Shown piece after piece: positions 14,884 through 27,400 of a stretch of DNA of 36,813 nt. Numbering within the stretch: the first letter of the stretch is position 1; every line of letters starts with the position of its first letter. The notes under the pieces are model-generated. The model saw only the letters and a list, made by a program, of their open reading frames with translations. It did no database searches and had not been told where the DNA came from. This stretch comes from a virus (Duplodnaviria > Caudoviricetes): the IMG/VR virus record IMGVR_UViG_3300005805_000223, positions 1-36,813 of that record, one strand, 5' to 3'. The translations under genes were made by a program, and so were the position numbers.

Positions 14884-15167
14884 GTTATACTGTTGAACTT
14901 CGCACTCCAGAAGGAACTACCACTATTACCTGCGATGAAGATACTTACATTCTTGACGCAGCCGACGAACAAGGAATCGATCTTCCGTATAGTTGTCGGG
15001 CTGGTGCATGTTCTTCTTGCGCCGGTAAGGTTCTTGAGGGAACTGTGGACAATGAAGATCAAACCTTTTTGGATGATGAACAAATGGAAGCCGGTTACGC
15101 ACTCCTTTGTGTGGCTCGTCCAACTAGTGATCTTGTCATTCAAACGGATGTTGAAGACGAACTCTGA
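14880..15167 (+). CDS. petF: Plant-type [2Fe-2S] ferredoxin (auxiliary metabolic gene)
   Basis: [28 protein letters not shown]...LLCVA. Confidence 0.97.
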   Translation: MSYTVELRTPEGTTTITCDEDTYILDAADEQGIDLPYSCRAGACSSCAGKVLEGTVDNEDQTFLDDEQMEAGYALLCVARPTSDLVIQTDVEDEL

Positions 15168-15865
15168 TGGCATACCTAAACCATAGTCTTCCAGATTGGT
15201 CTTGTTACATTCGTAATGAGTTTCTATACAACCACAAGAAGGGTCATGGTGAGGTAACCAAGTGTGATGTTCACTGCGTTGCTAGTATTGAAAAGAGAGT
15301 ACCTCTTTTTGAGGCATTTCTTGAAAATGGCGTGAATTGGACTCGTCGTCCTCTTCACGCTTTTTGTTGGAAACCCGATGCAGAGATTGAACCTTTAGAA
15401 GACATCATGTATTGGGATTGTTTTTCCCCGTATATTGATGTTCAAAGACGTAATAGACTTGCAGGATTACAGGCTCAACTCATTCGACCAGATGGAAAAA
15501 AGGTCATTGGTGAGTACATGTTCACTTTAGACTGGTCTTGGGAGAATAAAGGTATTGTAGACCTTAATTTTTCAGAGACACCAGAACACAAATGCGCTCA
15601 TTTGTTCAAGGTTGAGACTGGTAATTATTATGCATATCCAAATAATCGCATTGTTTGGTATGATAATGCATGGACTTTCAATAGAATTGATAAAAATCCA
15701 GGTTATGAAATTGATTTGACGGTCTATTCAGTTGAAAATAAAAGAAAAATTGAAACCTCAGACCATTACATGTATCAAATTACTGACCTAGATAGTAAAA
15801 AAAGTGAAATTTGTCCAAATTGCGGACAAAATCCATGTGATGTGCGTTGTGTAAATGCCGACTAG
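15167..15865 (+). CDS. Conserved phage hypothetical protein with a Cys-rich C-terminal tail
   Basis: MAYLNHSLP...YMFTLDW...EHKCAH...GNYYAYPNNRI family motif. Confidence 0.85.
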   Translation: MAYLNHSLPDWSCYIRNEFLYNHKKGHGEVTKCDVHCVASIEKRVPLFEAFLENGVNWTRRPLHAFCWKPDAEIEPLEDIMYWDCFSPYIDVQRRNRLAGLQAQLIRPDGKKVIGEYMFTLDWSWENKGIVDLNFSETPEHKCAHLFKVETGNYYAYPNNRIVWYDNAWTFNRIDKNPGYEIDLTVYSVENKRKIETSDHYMYQITDLDSKKSEICPNCGQNPCDVRCVNAD

Positions 15866-15914
15866 GGATAGAAACCCCTTAAAAAGTTCTGTTTTTTCCT
15901 CACAAAGACAGAAA

Positions 15915-16106
15915 ATGGCACAAAATCCAGTAGACTTAGGTAAAGAATTTATTAAAAAAGGAATGAGGTTGATTACTCATAGGTCATCAGACGCACTTTT
16001 GAAGAAGGCTCATGACCAAAAGTATCAAATTCCTGAAGATAGGTATTCAAGACCATGTGGAGGCCCTGGTGGTTTTGATGATTTTGTAGAACGTTGGCAT
16101 GAGTAG
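15915..16106 (+). CDS. Hypothetical protein (MAQNPVDLGKEFIKKGMRLIT...)
   Basis: Start moved to the ATG after a stem-loop. Confidence 0.65.
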   Translation: MAQNPVDLGKEFIKKGMRLITHRSSDALLKKAHDQKYQIPEDRYSRPCGGPGGFDDFVERWHE

Positions 16107-16114
16107 TATAAATA
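16107..16114 (+). promoter_or_regulatory. T4-type late promoter
   Basis: Exact TATAAATA just upstream of gp25. Confidence 0.85.
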
Positions 16115-16137
16115 TAGCAGAAAATTTGTATCGGTAG

Positions 16138-16542
16138 ATGCCTGCGGTTCGACAATCACGTGCTTTTAAAGACATTTCACTGTCTTTCAGGAGGCATCCT
16201 GTAACTAATGACGTGGTTGCGATTACAAATGAAGATGCGATCAAGAGATCTGTAAGAAATCTTGTAGAAACTATTAATAATGAAAGGCCATTTAACTCTT
16301 TAATTGGTTCTGAAGTAAGAAATAGTCTCTTTGAACCAGCTGATCGTGACATTTTGATTAGATTAGAGACTGAAATTGAGACTTCTATCAATAATTTTGA
16401 ACCAAGAGTGAATTTAAGGTCGGTTGTGGCTACACATCCACCCAATACCAATGAAATATCGGTAGAAATTACTTATGATATCGTTGGTTTACCTGCACCG
16501 ACACAAGAATTAACGTTCATTCTCCAACCAACTAGAGAATAA
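16138..16542 (+). CDS. gp25: Baseplate wedge subunit gp25
   Basis: FKDISLSFRRHPVTND...AIKRSVRNLV...ERPF...FEPRV. Confidence 0.95.
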   Translation: MPAVRQSRAFKDISLSFRRHPVTNDVVAITNEDAIKRSVRNLVETINNERPFNSLIGSEVRNSLFEPADRDILIRLETEIETSINNFEPRVNLRSVVATHPPNTNEISVEITYDIVGLPAPTQELTFILQPTRE

Positions 16543-18425
16543 TGGCTTTTACGCAATATACCAACCTAGATTTTGAACAAATTAAAGCCTCTCTGCGTGA
16601 ATATTTGAGGTCAAACTCAAATTTCACAGACTTTGATTTCGAAGGATCCAATTTATCGATTTTAATCGATACTTTAGCATATAATTCTTACATTACAAAC
16701 TATAATGCAAACATGATCGCCAATGAGGCGTTCATTGATAGTGCTACTTTAAGAGAAAATGTAGTTGCATTAGCTAGAAATATTGGTTATGTACCATCAT
16801 CTAGAAAATCTTCAACCGCAAATATAACTTTTTCCGTTGATCTTGGTGCTGGAGTTACTAAATCGAGTATTACACTCAAGTCTGGACTTGTTGCACTCGG
16901 TAATTTTGCAAATACTAACTATACTTTTGTAATCCCAGAAGATGTAACATCACCTATTGTTGATGGTATTGCTTTTTTCACTATTGATATTAAACAAGGA
17001 ACTTATCTAACAAAAGAATTTGTCGTTAATACTTCTCAAGATACTCAAAGATTTATTCTTCCCAATCCATATGTTGATACTTCAACAATTAGAGTATCAG
17101 TAAAGGATACTGCAACTTCTACAACACAAAAAATTTACTCTTTAGTTGATAATATTATAGGAATTAAGACTACATCAGAAGTCTATTTAATTCAAGAAGT
17201 TCAAGATGAAAAATATGAATTACTCTTTGGTGATGGAGTAATAGGTAAAAAACTCACATCTGGTAACGTTGTAAACGTCACATATGTTGTCTCTGATGGT
17301 GTTAATGGTAATGGAGTATCTAACTTTTCTTTTGCTGGAAAATTAGTAGATAATGATGGTGGATTAATTACTACTGGAATTTCGGATATTATAACAAACC
17401 AACCATCTAGAAATGGTGCTGAGATCGAAAATATTAGTACAATTAAAAATCTTGCACCAAGAATTTATGCATCACAATATCGTGCAGTTACCGCTGGCGA
17501 TTATGAATCGATTATACCAACCATTTATTCAAATGCTGAGAGTGTAACTGCGTATGGAGGAGAAGATGCATCTCCACCACAATTTGGTAAAGTTTTTATC
17601 TCAATTAAACCTAAAAATGGTCAGTACATTTCTGATTTTGATAAAAGACAACTTCTCCAAAAACTGAAAGGATATTCTGTTGCTGGAATTAGACCAGAAT
17701 TTATCGATCTTAAGTATCTGTACGTTGAACTTGATACTACTGTATATTATAACTCCAATATGATTTCAAGTTTATCTGATCTTAAAACAAAGGTAATTAA
17801 TTCTTTGAATAGTTATGGATCATCTAATGATTTGAACAAATTTGGTGGTAGATTCAAATATAGTAAATCACAGAAGATTATTGATGAGACTGATGCAGCA
17901 ATAACATCTAATATCACAAAAGTAATTATTCGTAGAAATCTTGAATGTGATACTTCAAATTTTGCACAATATGAATTGTGTTATGGAAATAAGTTCCATA
18001 ATAACTTAAAAGGATATAATATCAAATCTACTGGATTTACGGTAGATGGGATTGGAGGCACTGTTTATTTTGCAGATAGTTATATTAACAGTACAACTGG
18101 TAATATTTTTGTGTTTAAATTATCTTCTATTGGAGAACCTGAAATTGTCATTAAGAATGCCGGAACAGTAAAATATGACACTGGTGAAATTCTTATAGAT
18201 ACAATAAGGATTTTGTCAACAGTAAAGCCAAACAACGTTGTTGAAATTCAGGCAATTCCTGAATCTAATGATATCATTGGACTGAAGGATCTTTACGTTC
18301 AACTTTCTACCGCGAATAGTACCATTAGTACAATTGAAGATATTATTTCAACGGGTGCAGATACATCAGGTACAAGATTTATCTCTACTTCAAGCTTCTC
18401 AAACGGACAATATATTAGACAGTAA
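16542..18425 (+). CDS. gp6: Baseplate wedge subunit gp6
   Basis: LDFEQIKASLREYL...FTDFDFEGSNLS...SATLRENVVALARNIGY...RAVTAGDYE. Confidence 0.95.
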   Translation: MAFTQYTNLDFEQIKASLREYLRSNSNFTDFDFEGSNLSILIDTLAYNSYITNYNANMIANEAFIDSATLRENVVALARNIGYVPSSRKSSTANITFSVDLGAGVTKSSITLKSGLVALGNFANTNYTFVIPEDVTSPIVDGIAFFTIDIKQGTYLTKEFVVNTSQDTQRFILPNPYVDTSTIRVSVKDTATSTTQKIYSLVDNIIGIKTTSEVYLIQEVQDEKYELLFGDGVIGKKLTSGNVVNVTYVVSDGVNGNGVSNFSFAGKLVDNDGGLITTGISDIITNQPSRNGAEIENISTIKNLAPRIYASQYRAVTAGDYESIIPTIYSNAESVTAYGGEDASPPQFGKVFISIKPKNGQYISDFDKRQLLQKLKGYSVAGIRPEFIDLKYLYVELDTTVYYNSNMISSLSDLKTKVINSLNSYGSSNDLNKFGGRFKYSKSQKIIDETDAAITSNITKVIIRRNLECDTSNFAQYELCYGNKFHNNLKGYNIKSTGFTVDGIGGTVYFADSYINSTTGNIFVFKLSSIGEPEIVIKNAGTVKYDTGEILIDTIRILSTVKPNNVVEIQAIPESNDIIGLKDLYVQLSTANSTISTIEDIISTGADTSGTRFISTSSFSNGQYIRQ

Positions 18426-21400
18426 TGATCGACACCGATTCCAAGAAAGTTCAAATTAATCAAATCGTTAAAAGTCAATTACCTTCTTTTGTTCAAGAAG
18501 AAAATCCACTTTTTATTGATTTTTTAAAACAGTACTACCTTGGGCAAGAATATCAAGGTGGTCCAATTGATATTATTACAAATTTTAATAATTATCAGAA
18601 AGTAGAAACGTTCAGTGGTAATGAATCATTAATTGGATTTACAACATGTGTTGGCGATGTAACTTCTTTTACTGATACAATCAATGTTGTATCAACTGCT
18701 GGTTGGCCAAGTGAATATGGATTACTTAAAATTGATGATGAAATTATCACATATACTGGAATCACTACAAATTCTTTTACTGGTTGTGTTCGTGGATTTA
18801 GTGGTGTAGAGAGTCTTCATAAATCTTCTCAACCAGAAAGTCTTGTATTTACTCAATCTGAGGCTGATAGTCATGTTTCATCCTCTAGAGTTATAAATCT
18901 TAGCAATCTTTTCCTACAGGAATTTTGGAAAAAGACTAAAAATCAATTTTTACCTGGATTTGAGGATAGAACTCTTAATAGTCAAGTAGATAAAGCTAAT
19001 TTTTTACGTCAAGCAAAAGATTTTTATGCCTCAAAGGGCACAGATGAAGCAATAAAAATTCTTTTTAGTGTTCTCTTCAATAAACAATCCGATATAATTA
19101 AACCAATTGATTATCTTATTGCTCCATCTGATGCAGATTATGTCATAACCAATGATATGGTCGCAGAACTTATCAGTGGCAATCCAAATAAAATAATTGG
19201 ACAGACATTATATCAAACGGGTGAGGATGGAATTTCTGCCTCAATTTTTAATATTCAAAGAACAGAGAGAAATAATAGAGAGTATTACACTATTAACTTA
19301 AGTAAAGGTTCTGTAGTTGGAGAGTTTAAAATTACTCCATCTTCTCTTCTAGTTGAAAATATATCAATTGGTTCAACCGTTATCACCGTTGATTCTACAT
19401 TTGGGTTTACGGAAAGTGGTTCAATTTATGTTGGACGTGGCCAAACAGTAGGACTCGCAACATATAGTGAAAAATCATCTACTCAATTTTTTGGTGTAAC
19501 TGGAATTACTTCTGCATATGCGGATGGTGAACTTATCAGAGGAAAAGAAACAATATATTCATATGAAGATGGTGACCCCACAAAACCAGTTTATTTTAGA
19601 CTTACCTCTGTAGTATCTGGTGCTGCAATTGATGATGTTAATGGACTTGTTACTGGAGATAGAATTGATAGTAAGTTTCTTGGTAACGTAAGTAAAGATA
19701 CAGAATACAAACTTAATTCTTGGATTCATAATATTAAAACAAAAACCAAGGTTGCAAAAAATAACAATAATACTTCTATAATCAGTGGAACAAACAATGT
19801 AACAACCGCGAGTCCACACTTACTTTATATTGATGATCCTATAACTTTAGTTGATGAAAGTTCTGCAATTGCATCCAATGTTGAAGGAACTGTAAATCAA
19901 ATTATTAGTCCAACAGAATTTAAAATTTCTATTTCTTCTGGAACTATTGATATTAATAAAACATATAGTGTTAGAAAAAATCTTATATTTGCATCAACTG
20001 TCAGTAACGCCAATGGTGTATCCAACTTTGTTGCAAATGTACAGAATTCATATTCAAATGTTGATAATACTAAGTTTTATGTAACTTCTGGATCTCTTCC
20101 TGGTTATACAATTTTTGCAACCAATAGACAAAAAACTTTTACATCTGTTAATATAAGTGGAACAAATATTTCAATTAATAATCATGGATTTTACAGTGGT
20201 GATTTAGTCAAATATTCCCCAGTATCCGTTGGTAGTAGTGCAATTGTTGGATTAACAACAGGATCCACTTATGCAGTTACAAAAATTGATGATAATACCA
20301 TCTCCCTATCAGAAAGTCTTTATGATGCTTCTGTAAAAAGATTCATCACACTTGGAGGTGCTGGTGGAAATCACAGAATTGTTCCCAGAGAAATATCTGA
20401 TAAAAATATTAAATATCAAAACTTTGTTAGAGAATTTCCGGCAATTCCAGTTCATAAAGTATATGAACCAGTATTTCAAAATGAAAATATTGGTATGTTT
20501 AGAAATGGAGTTGAAATTTTCTCTAACAGATCTGGTGATATAATCTATTATGGATCGATAGAAAATATTGATGTTGAAAATGGCGGATCTGGATATGATG
20601 TATTAAATCCACCAAATATTAACATATATGATAGTGTTGGATCTGGTGCAACTGCTTTCCCTGTAGTGGAAAATGGTTCTTTTAAGAGAATTGATATTAC
20701 ATACGCTGGTTATGATATCAAACAGGTTCCATCGATTAAAATTACTGGCGGCAATGGATCTGGTGCAACTGCAGAAGTTAGACTTAGAAGAACAAACAAC
20801 AATCAACCATTTAACTCAGATATTGATGTAAACACTACTGATGATAGAATTCAGTTCAATACAAATCATCTATTCTTTAATGGTGAAACAGTTGTATATA
20901 AAAAAGCATCGAATTATAGTTCCGTTGGAGGATTGATTGATGGTGGAATATATTATGTCTATGTCATAAACGATACTGATGTTCAATTAATGACATCATA
21001 TAATGATGCTGTAAATGGTACAAATCCAGTAGATCTTACACAAAAATCTGCAGGAACTGGAAGACTTATTTCTGTTGTAGAAAGAAACGTTCTGGATAGT
21101 GTGATTGTTACAAATTCTGGATCTGGATATTCAAATAGAAAAGTACTTGTAAATTCAACAACATATCCAAGTATAACATTTGATGAAGAAATTAGAAGTG
21201 GAATTAATACCGCTGATGATTATATCTTCTTCAAAAATCATGGGTTCAAGTCTGGTGATCTTGTAGAGTATTCCACAACTGATACTCCTATTAGTGGACT
21301 TTCTACAACACTTAACTATTATATTTTTTCAGTTGATAAAGATAGATTTAAAGTTGCTAACGCTGGAGTTGGAACAACTGCAACTCAATTGAATTATCAA

Positions 21401-24400
21401 AAAAATATCTTTGTTAATCTGCAGTCGGTTGGTGTTGGTACACATATATTTAAATATCCAGATATTAATGTGAGTATTGATGTAATCTCTGGCATTGCAA
21501 ATACTTCACTCTCTACTCCAACTCTTAGACCCGTTTGTACTGGATCAATTTCTGATGTTCATTTGACATCTGTTGGATCTGGATATGGAGTAACAGATAC
21601 ATTTAATATTCAAAGAAGACCAAATGTAACTATCTCTAATGGTAGTGGTGCTCGAATTGATGTAATCATTCAAGATGGATCTGTCGTACAGACAAAAATT
21701 AAAGACGGGGGATCTGGATATGCAACCCCCCCAATTCTTACAGTTAATGGTGATGGAAAATATGCAAGATTAGTTTCTACTTTAACAAATGGTGTTATTA
21801 CTGGCGTTACAATTGTAGATGCCGGTAAAGGCTACTTGGAAAAAAATACAACCGTAACAGTAACACCAGTTGGAAGTGGATCTAAATTTAAAGCACATAT
21901 CAAAAAGTGGGAAGTTGACTTTGTTCAAAAATACAAAAAATCTATTAATGAAAATGATGATGGAATAATTATCTCAAGTCAAAACTCGGATTATGGTAAT
22001 AAATTTGCACACGGATATCTTCCAAGAAAATTAAGACTTATTATTAATGATAATATTAATAGTAATTTTTCAGAAAAATCAACAGTTAGTCACTCACCTA
22101 TTGTTGGGTGGGCTTATGACGGTTGTCCAATTTACGGGCCATATGGATTCTCTTCTCCCACAGGTGGAATAGTTCGTAGATTAACTCCTGGATATTCGCT
22201 TAAATCTAAACCCAATAGGCCACCAGTATCAATATATCCTCTTGGATTTTTTGTCACGGATTGGTCATACACAAATAGTGGAGATCTTGACCAATATAAT
22301 GGTAGGTTCTGTAAAACCCCAGAATATCCTAATGGTGTTTATGCATATTTCTGTACAATTAATCCTTCAAATAGTATAGAAATTCCATTTGTATCCAATA
22401 GAGAGCCATTGTTTCCATATGTCTTAAATGGATTTAAGTTTCAGAAAAATGAATTTAATGAAAAACCAACTTCTATCCAAGATATTCCAATTTTGAATAG
22501 TGGTAATCTTATAAGAAATACTTATCCATATAAATTTGGATTTGAAAATTCTGAGTATGATTACTTAGTGACTAATAATATTAAACATACAGAACTCACA
22601 GTTAGAAATATTAAAAAATCTGGAGTTTCTACTATTAGTTCAATTAATGGTGGTGAAGGATATAAAGTCGGCGACAAAATTGTATTCAATAATACTAATT
22701 CTAGTGGAAACTCTGCAACTGCTAAAGTTAAAACACTTACTGGAATTGGTATTAGTCAAATTAATTTGGGTGTAACAACAGTTTCTGGCGTATCCTTTGT
22801 TTTTGATGGTCAAACTTTTACTGGCATTGCCAGTACTTCTCATAATCTTAGAGATGGTGATATTGTCAATATTTCTGGTATTGGCACGGGAGAAATTAAA
22901 TTCATTGAAGGTACAAGAACTATTGCAGTTTCTTCAGTGACGGCTAGACTTGACGTTGGTATTGGTACAAGTGGAGCTACTGGTATTACAACAACTCTTG
23001 TTCTTGAAACATCTGGTTCTTCTAATGCGATATTAGTAGACGATATTTTAGTAGGTGGAGCAACATCAGAAAGAATGAAAGTTCTTTCTATTGATAGATT
23101 AAACAATAAGTATAGAGTTCGTCGTCAGATTGGTGTACTTACATCACATGAATCGGGAACTTTATTTACTGTAGATCAGAGTAGATTTACGTTTACCGTA
23201 GGAGTTAAGACGGATCTTGTAATTAAACCTAATAAAAAAATAGTCTTTAACCCACAAAATTCCATTGGTATTGGAACAACTGTTGTTGTTCAAAACGTAT
23301 CTGGAGTTGGAACCACAACAGTTGTTAGAGTTAAATCTAATGACGGCACTATTTTAACTGATCATAACCTACCTCCTTCTGGATCGACTGCTGATAGTTC
23401 AATTTCTATCGTCGGGCATGATTTCTTTAGTGGTCAAGAATTAATTTATAGTGTAGGTCCTATTGGCGTTGCTTTAACTGTTTCTAATAATTTAGATCTT
23501 AGTAATCCATTTAATCTTATTGATGGACAAACTGTTTATGCAGTAAACAAAAGTAAAGATCTCATTGGTATTACAACCACTAGAACTGGTATTGGAACAA
23601 CTGCCACTTCATTGTATTTTAGTCCTATTCAAAATAACACTGGGGTTGAACATTCTTTTACCACAAAAAATACTGAATATACTGGAACCGTTAAAAGATA
23701 CGATGTATCAGTGTTAACTGGAAGTAATCATAATTTAACAACAAATGACAAAGTAACAATTACAGTTGTTCCAAATACGACAATTAGTAAGTTTATTGAA
23801 TATGATACAATCTCAAGAAAAACAATTATTGATCCAGTTTATTTTGGAACATCTTCGGTTGGTGTTGGAACATCAAACTCGATTATCACAGTAAATAATC
23901 ATGGTTTCGTTAGTGGTGATAAGGTACTTTATATTTCTTCAAGTCCAGCTTCTTCTCTCATCAACAGAGGTGAGTACTATGTTAAGGTGATTGATGAAAA
24001 TAGATTTAGACTATCAACAAATTACTCTGATGGTGTAAACTTCAATGATCAATACGTTGGAATTACTACAGTTGGATCTGGCGTTCATAAACTTGCAAAG
24101 ATCAATCCAATTATTAGTGCTTTTAGAGGACAAACAATTGGATTTGCTGTTTCTGATTCAAGTATTAGTAATTTTGATTTACAATTTTTTGAAGACCAAG
24201 ATTTTATCAACAAATATGAAGGGTCAACTATTTCTGGTGAAATAACCAAAAGTGGTACTCCAGGTAATTCTGGTTCTCTTGTTAATTTAAAACTCTCTGA
24301 TGATGTTCCGTCAACATTGTATTATAAATTAACACCTTTTAATCTTGATACTATAAGTGCTGACAAGAGAGATGCTGAACCAGATAAAGATGTTGTAAAT

Positions 24401-27400
24401 GGATCCAAAATTGTAATTAATAACAGTGTTTATGCTGGAACTTACAGTATTACAACTACATCAAATCATCAGTTTAGATATTCACTTTCGAAAAAACCAG
24501 AAAGTAACAGTTATACTAATTCCGGCATAACAACTTTTGGTTATGTAACAACTTCATCAACTGCTTTAGGTGGCATTAATGAAATTGAGGTTACTTTCCC
24601 TGGTGTTGATTATTTGAAATCCCCAGGAATTAATACAGTTCAAACTCTAAATGGTACAGATTCTTTCCTTAGAGTTGATGATAAAAATATTGGTAGGCCT
24701 GGATTTGTAGAGGTAACAAAAATTGGCTTTGATTATCCTTCCGATAAGTCAGTAAAACCAAAGATTAACATTCCAAGTTATATAACTCTTACTAAAAATT
24801 ATAAGGTTTCTTCAATTGGTATTGTTACGACAGGTAGAAATTATTTAACACCACCAACATTAATAGTTGTTGATAGACCCGATATATCATTACGCGCAAA
24901 TCTTGAAGGAACTTCTGTATCATCCGTTGATATTTTAAGTAATACTTCTGGATTTGATGATATTCAAAGTTCTTGTAGGATTATTTCAATAAGGAATACC
25001 AATGGTGTTGGCATTGTTTCAGCTTCTTCAGATGGAAATACAAATTTTCTTACAATTTCACAACCATTAAACGGATGGAAATCTGACGGATCGGACTTTC
25101 CATTTACAGTTGGAGACCGAATTTTTGTTGAAGGTGTTGGTCTTACAACTTCACTTCTTTCCACAGGTGGTTATAATTCTTCTGACTACAATTATTCATT
25201 ATTCACAGTTTTAACGAGAAATCCATCTAGTGCTCAAATTACTTATTCTATTGCCGGTATTGGAACAACGGGTGGCACATATGATTCGGCAAATAGCTCT
25301 GGTAGAGTTATTAAACAATCCGATCTGCCGACGTTCTCTGTTAATTTTGAACCAGATAATTTCTTTGATGGCGAAAAAGTAACTTACTCTTCTAGTGGAT
25401 TTGCATTTGTGTCAAATGATGGTTATGATCCAGTTACTAATACTTTAAGATTAAAAACAGAAAATCCAGCAGTATCAATTGGAAATGTTATTAAAGGATC
25501 TATTTCTGGTGCGGAGGGTACTGTTTCAAAAGTACAGTCATATGACAAGTTCTTTAATACTGGATTTTTTGCCGAAAGACCAAAAGGATGGCAAAAAAAT
25601 ACTGGTAAATTAAATGATGATTTCCAAAAATTAGAAGATAATGATTATTATCAAAACTTCTCATATTCAATCAAAAGTGAAGTACAAGAAACTGAGTGGA
25701 GTAATGCTGTTGACGGCATTGTTCATCCAGCTGGATATAAAAAGTTCTCTGATTTGGTTGTAAATTCTATATCTTCTGCTGGATTTTCTAGAAGTAACAA
25801 TCTTAGAGTTAGTGCTGGTGCAGCAGATACAAGTCTTTTTGTTAACGTTGATAACTTAAAATCTTTTTATAACAGAGATGATTTTGACTTGGCAAGTGAG
25901 GAAACTATTACCAATGGACTTTCTAAGTTCATCACCTTTAGTTCTAGAAAAATTACCACATTTATTAATGCATTGACAAATAAAGTTGATGTAATTGATG
26001 ATATTTCAAGTCGTTTTACTGGAATTGGAACAACATCATCTGCAAATCTTGTTGGTCTAACATCATTTAGACTTACTGTGGAAAATGGAACAATTGTACC
26101 ATTCAATAAAATTTTTGATGGATCTAGTTCCTCTGTAATAAGTGTTGGATCATCAATTATTAGAATTAATAATCACAATTTCCAAACTGGAGAAAAAATT
26201 AAGTATGATCCAGATCAAAATGGAACTTATGGTAACAATAGAATTGGTATTGAGACAACAAATAATGTAATTGGTGGTATATCTACAGATTTCTTACCAG
26301 ATCAACTTTTTGTCACTAAAATTGATAATAATACATTTTCTATTGCTGGACTTGCAACTGCAGTAACTAATTCACAACCACTCATTTTTAGATCTGTTGG
26401 AACTGGAACATCACACTCTTTTTATGTTCCAAATCCAGACGAAAGAGTTATTATTGATTTAGATGGAATTATTCAGTCTCCACTATACAAAAAAAATGTA
26501 TCTGTTGGGCTTGCATCATCTATTGGCATAGGATCGACCACTATTACTGTGGTTGGCATAACCTCAATTTTTGCAGGAAATCTACTTCAAATTAATAGTG
26601 AAATTCTAAGAGTTTCTACTGTTGGATTTGGATCTACCAATGTTATTGCAGTAGAACGTGGATTACTAGGAACAGTCTCTGCAGCACATACAGTTGGATC
26701 TGCTGTAACAATGAGAGGTGGAGATTTTCACATTATTAAAGATACTATCTTTTTTACTGATCCTCCATATGGTCCAATTGGATTTACCTCATTAGATCCT
26801 GGAATTTCTACAACATCGACATTTTCTGGACGTATTTTTAATAGACAAAATCCAATTACAAACTTTGTTTTTGATGATATTTCAAACAAGTTTACTGGTG
26901 TTGGTAAAACATTTAGTCTATTTGAAGAAGGTCAAAATACTACGGGTATTGTGACAACAATTCAAGGTGATGGTGGTAGTGATGAAGTTATTAATTATGG
27001 TGTAATATTAATTAATAATATCTTCCAGAGACCGACAATTGATTACAATATGGATCAAGCTCAAGATCCTGGAATTGGTGCATCTATTTTCTTTACAGGT
27101 ACGGTAAGAGAAAATCTTCCTAAGGGTGGAATTGTTAATGAAGTAACAGTTGGATTTGGTTCTGGATATCAAAATTTGGTTGCAGCTGCAGCAACTGCAA
27201 TTATTAATCCTGCGGGAGCAATTGAATCTGTTGTTGTTACTGGTGGAGGTTCAGGATATAGATCTTCTGATTCTATCAATATTCAAGTTCTCAATCCTCT
27301 TGGAATTGGATCTACTGCAATACTTTCTGCAACGGTTGGAGCTGCAGGAACAATAACTGGTATTTCAACCGTGAGTGGTGGAAGTGGATATGCATCCACA

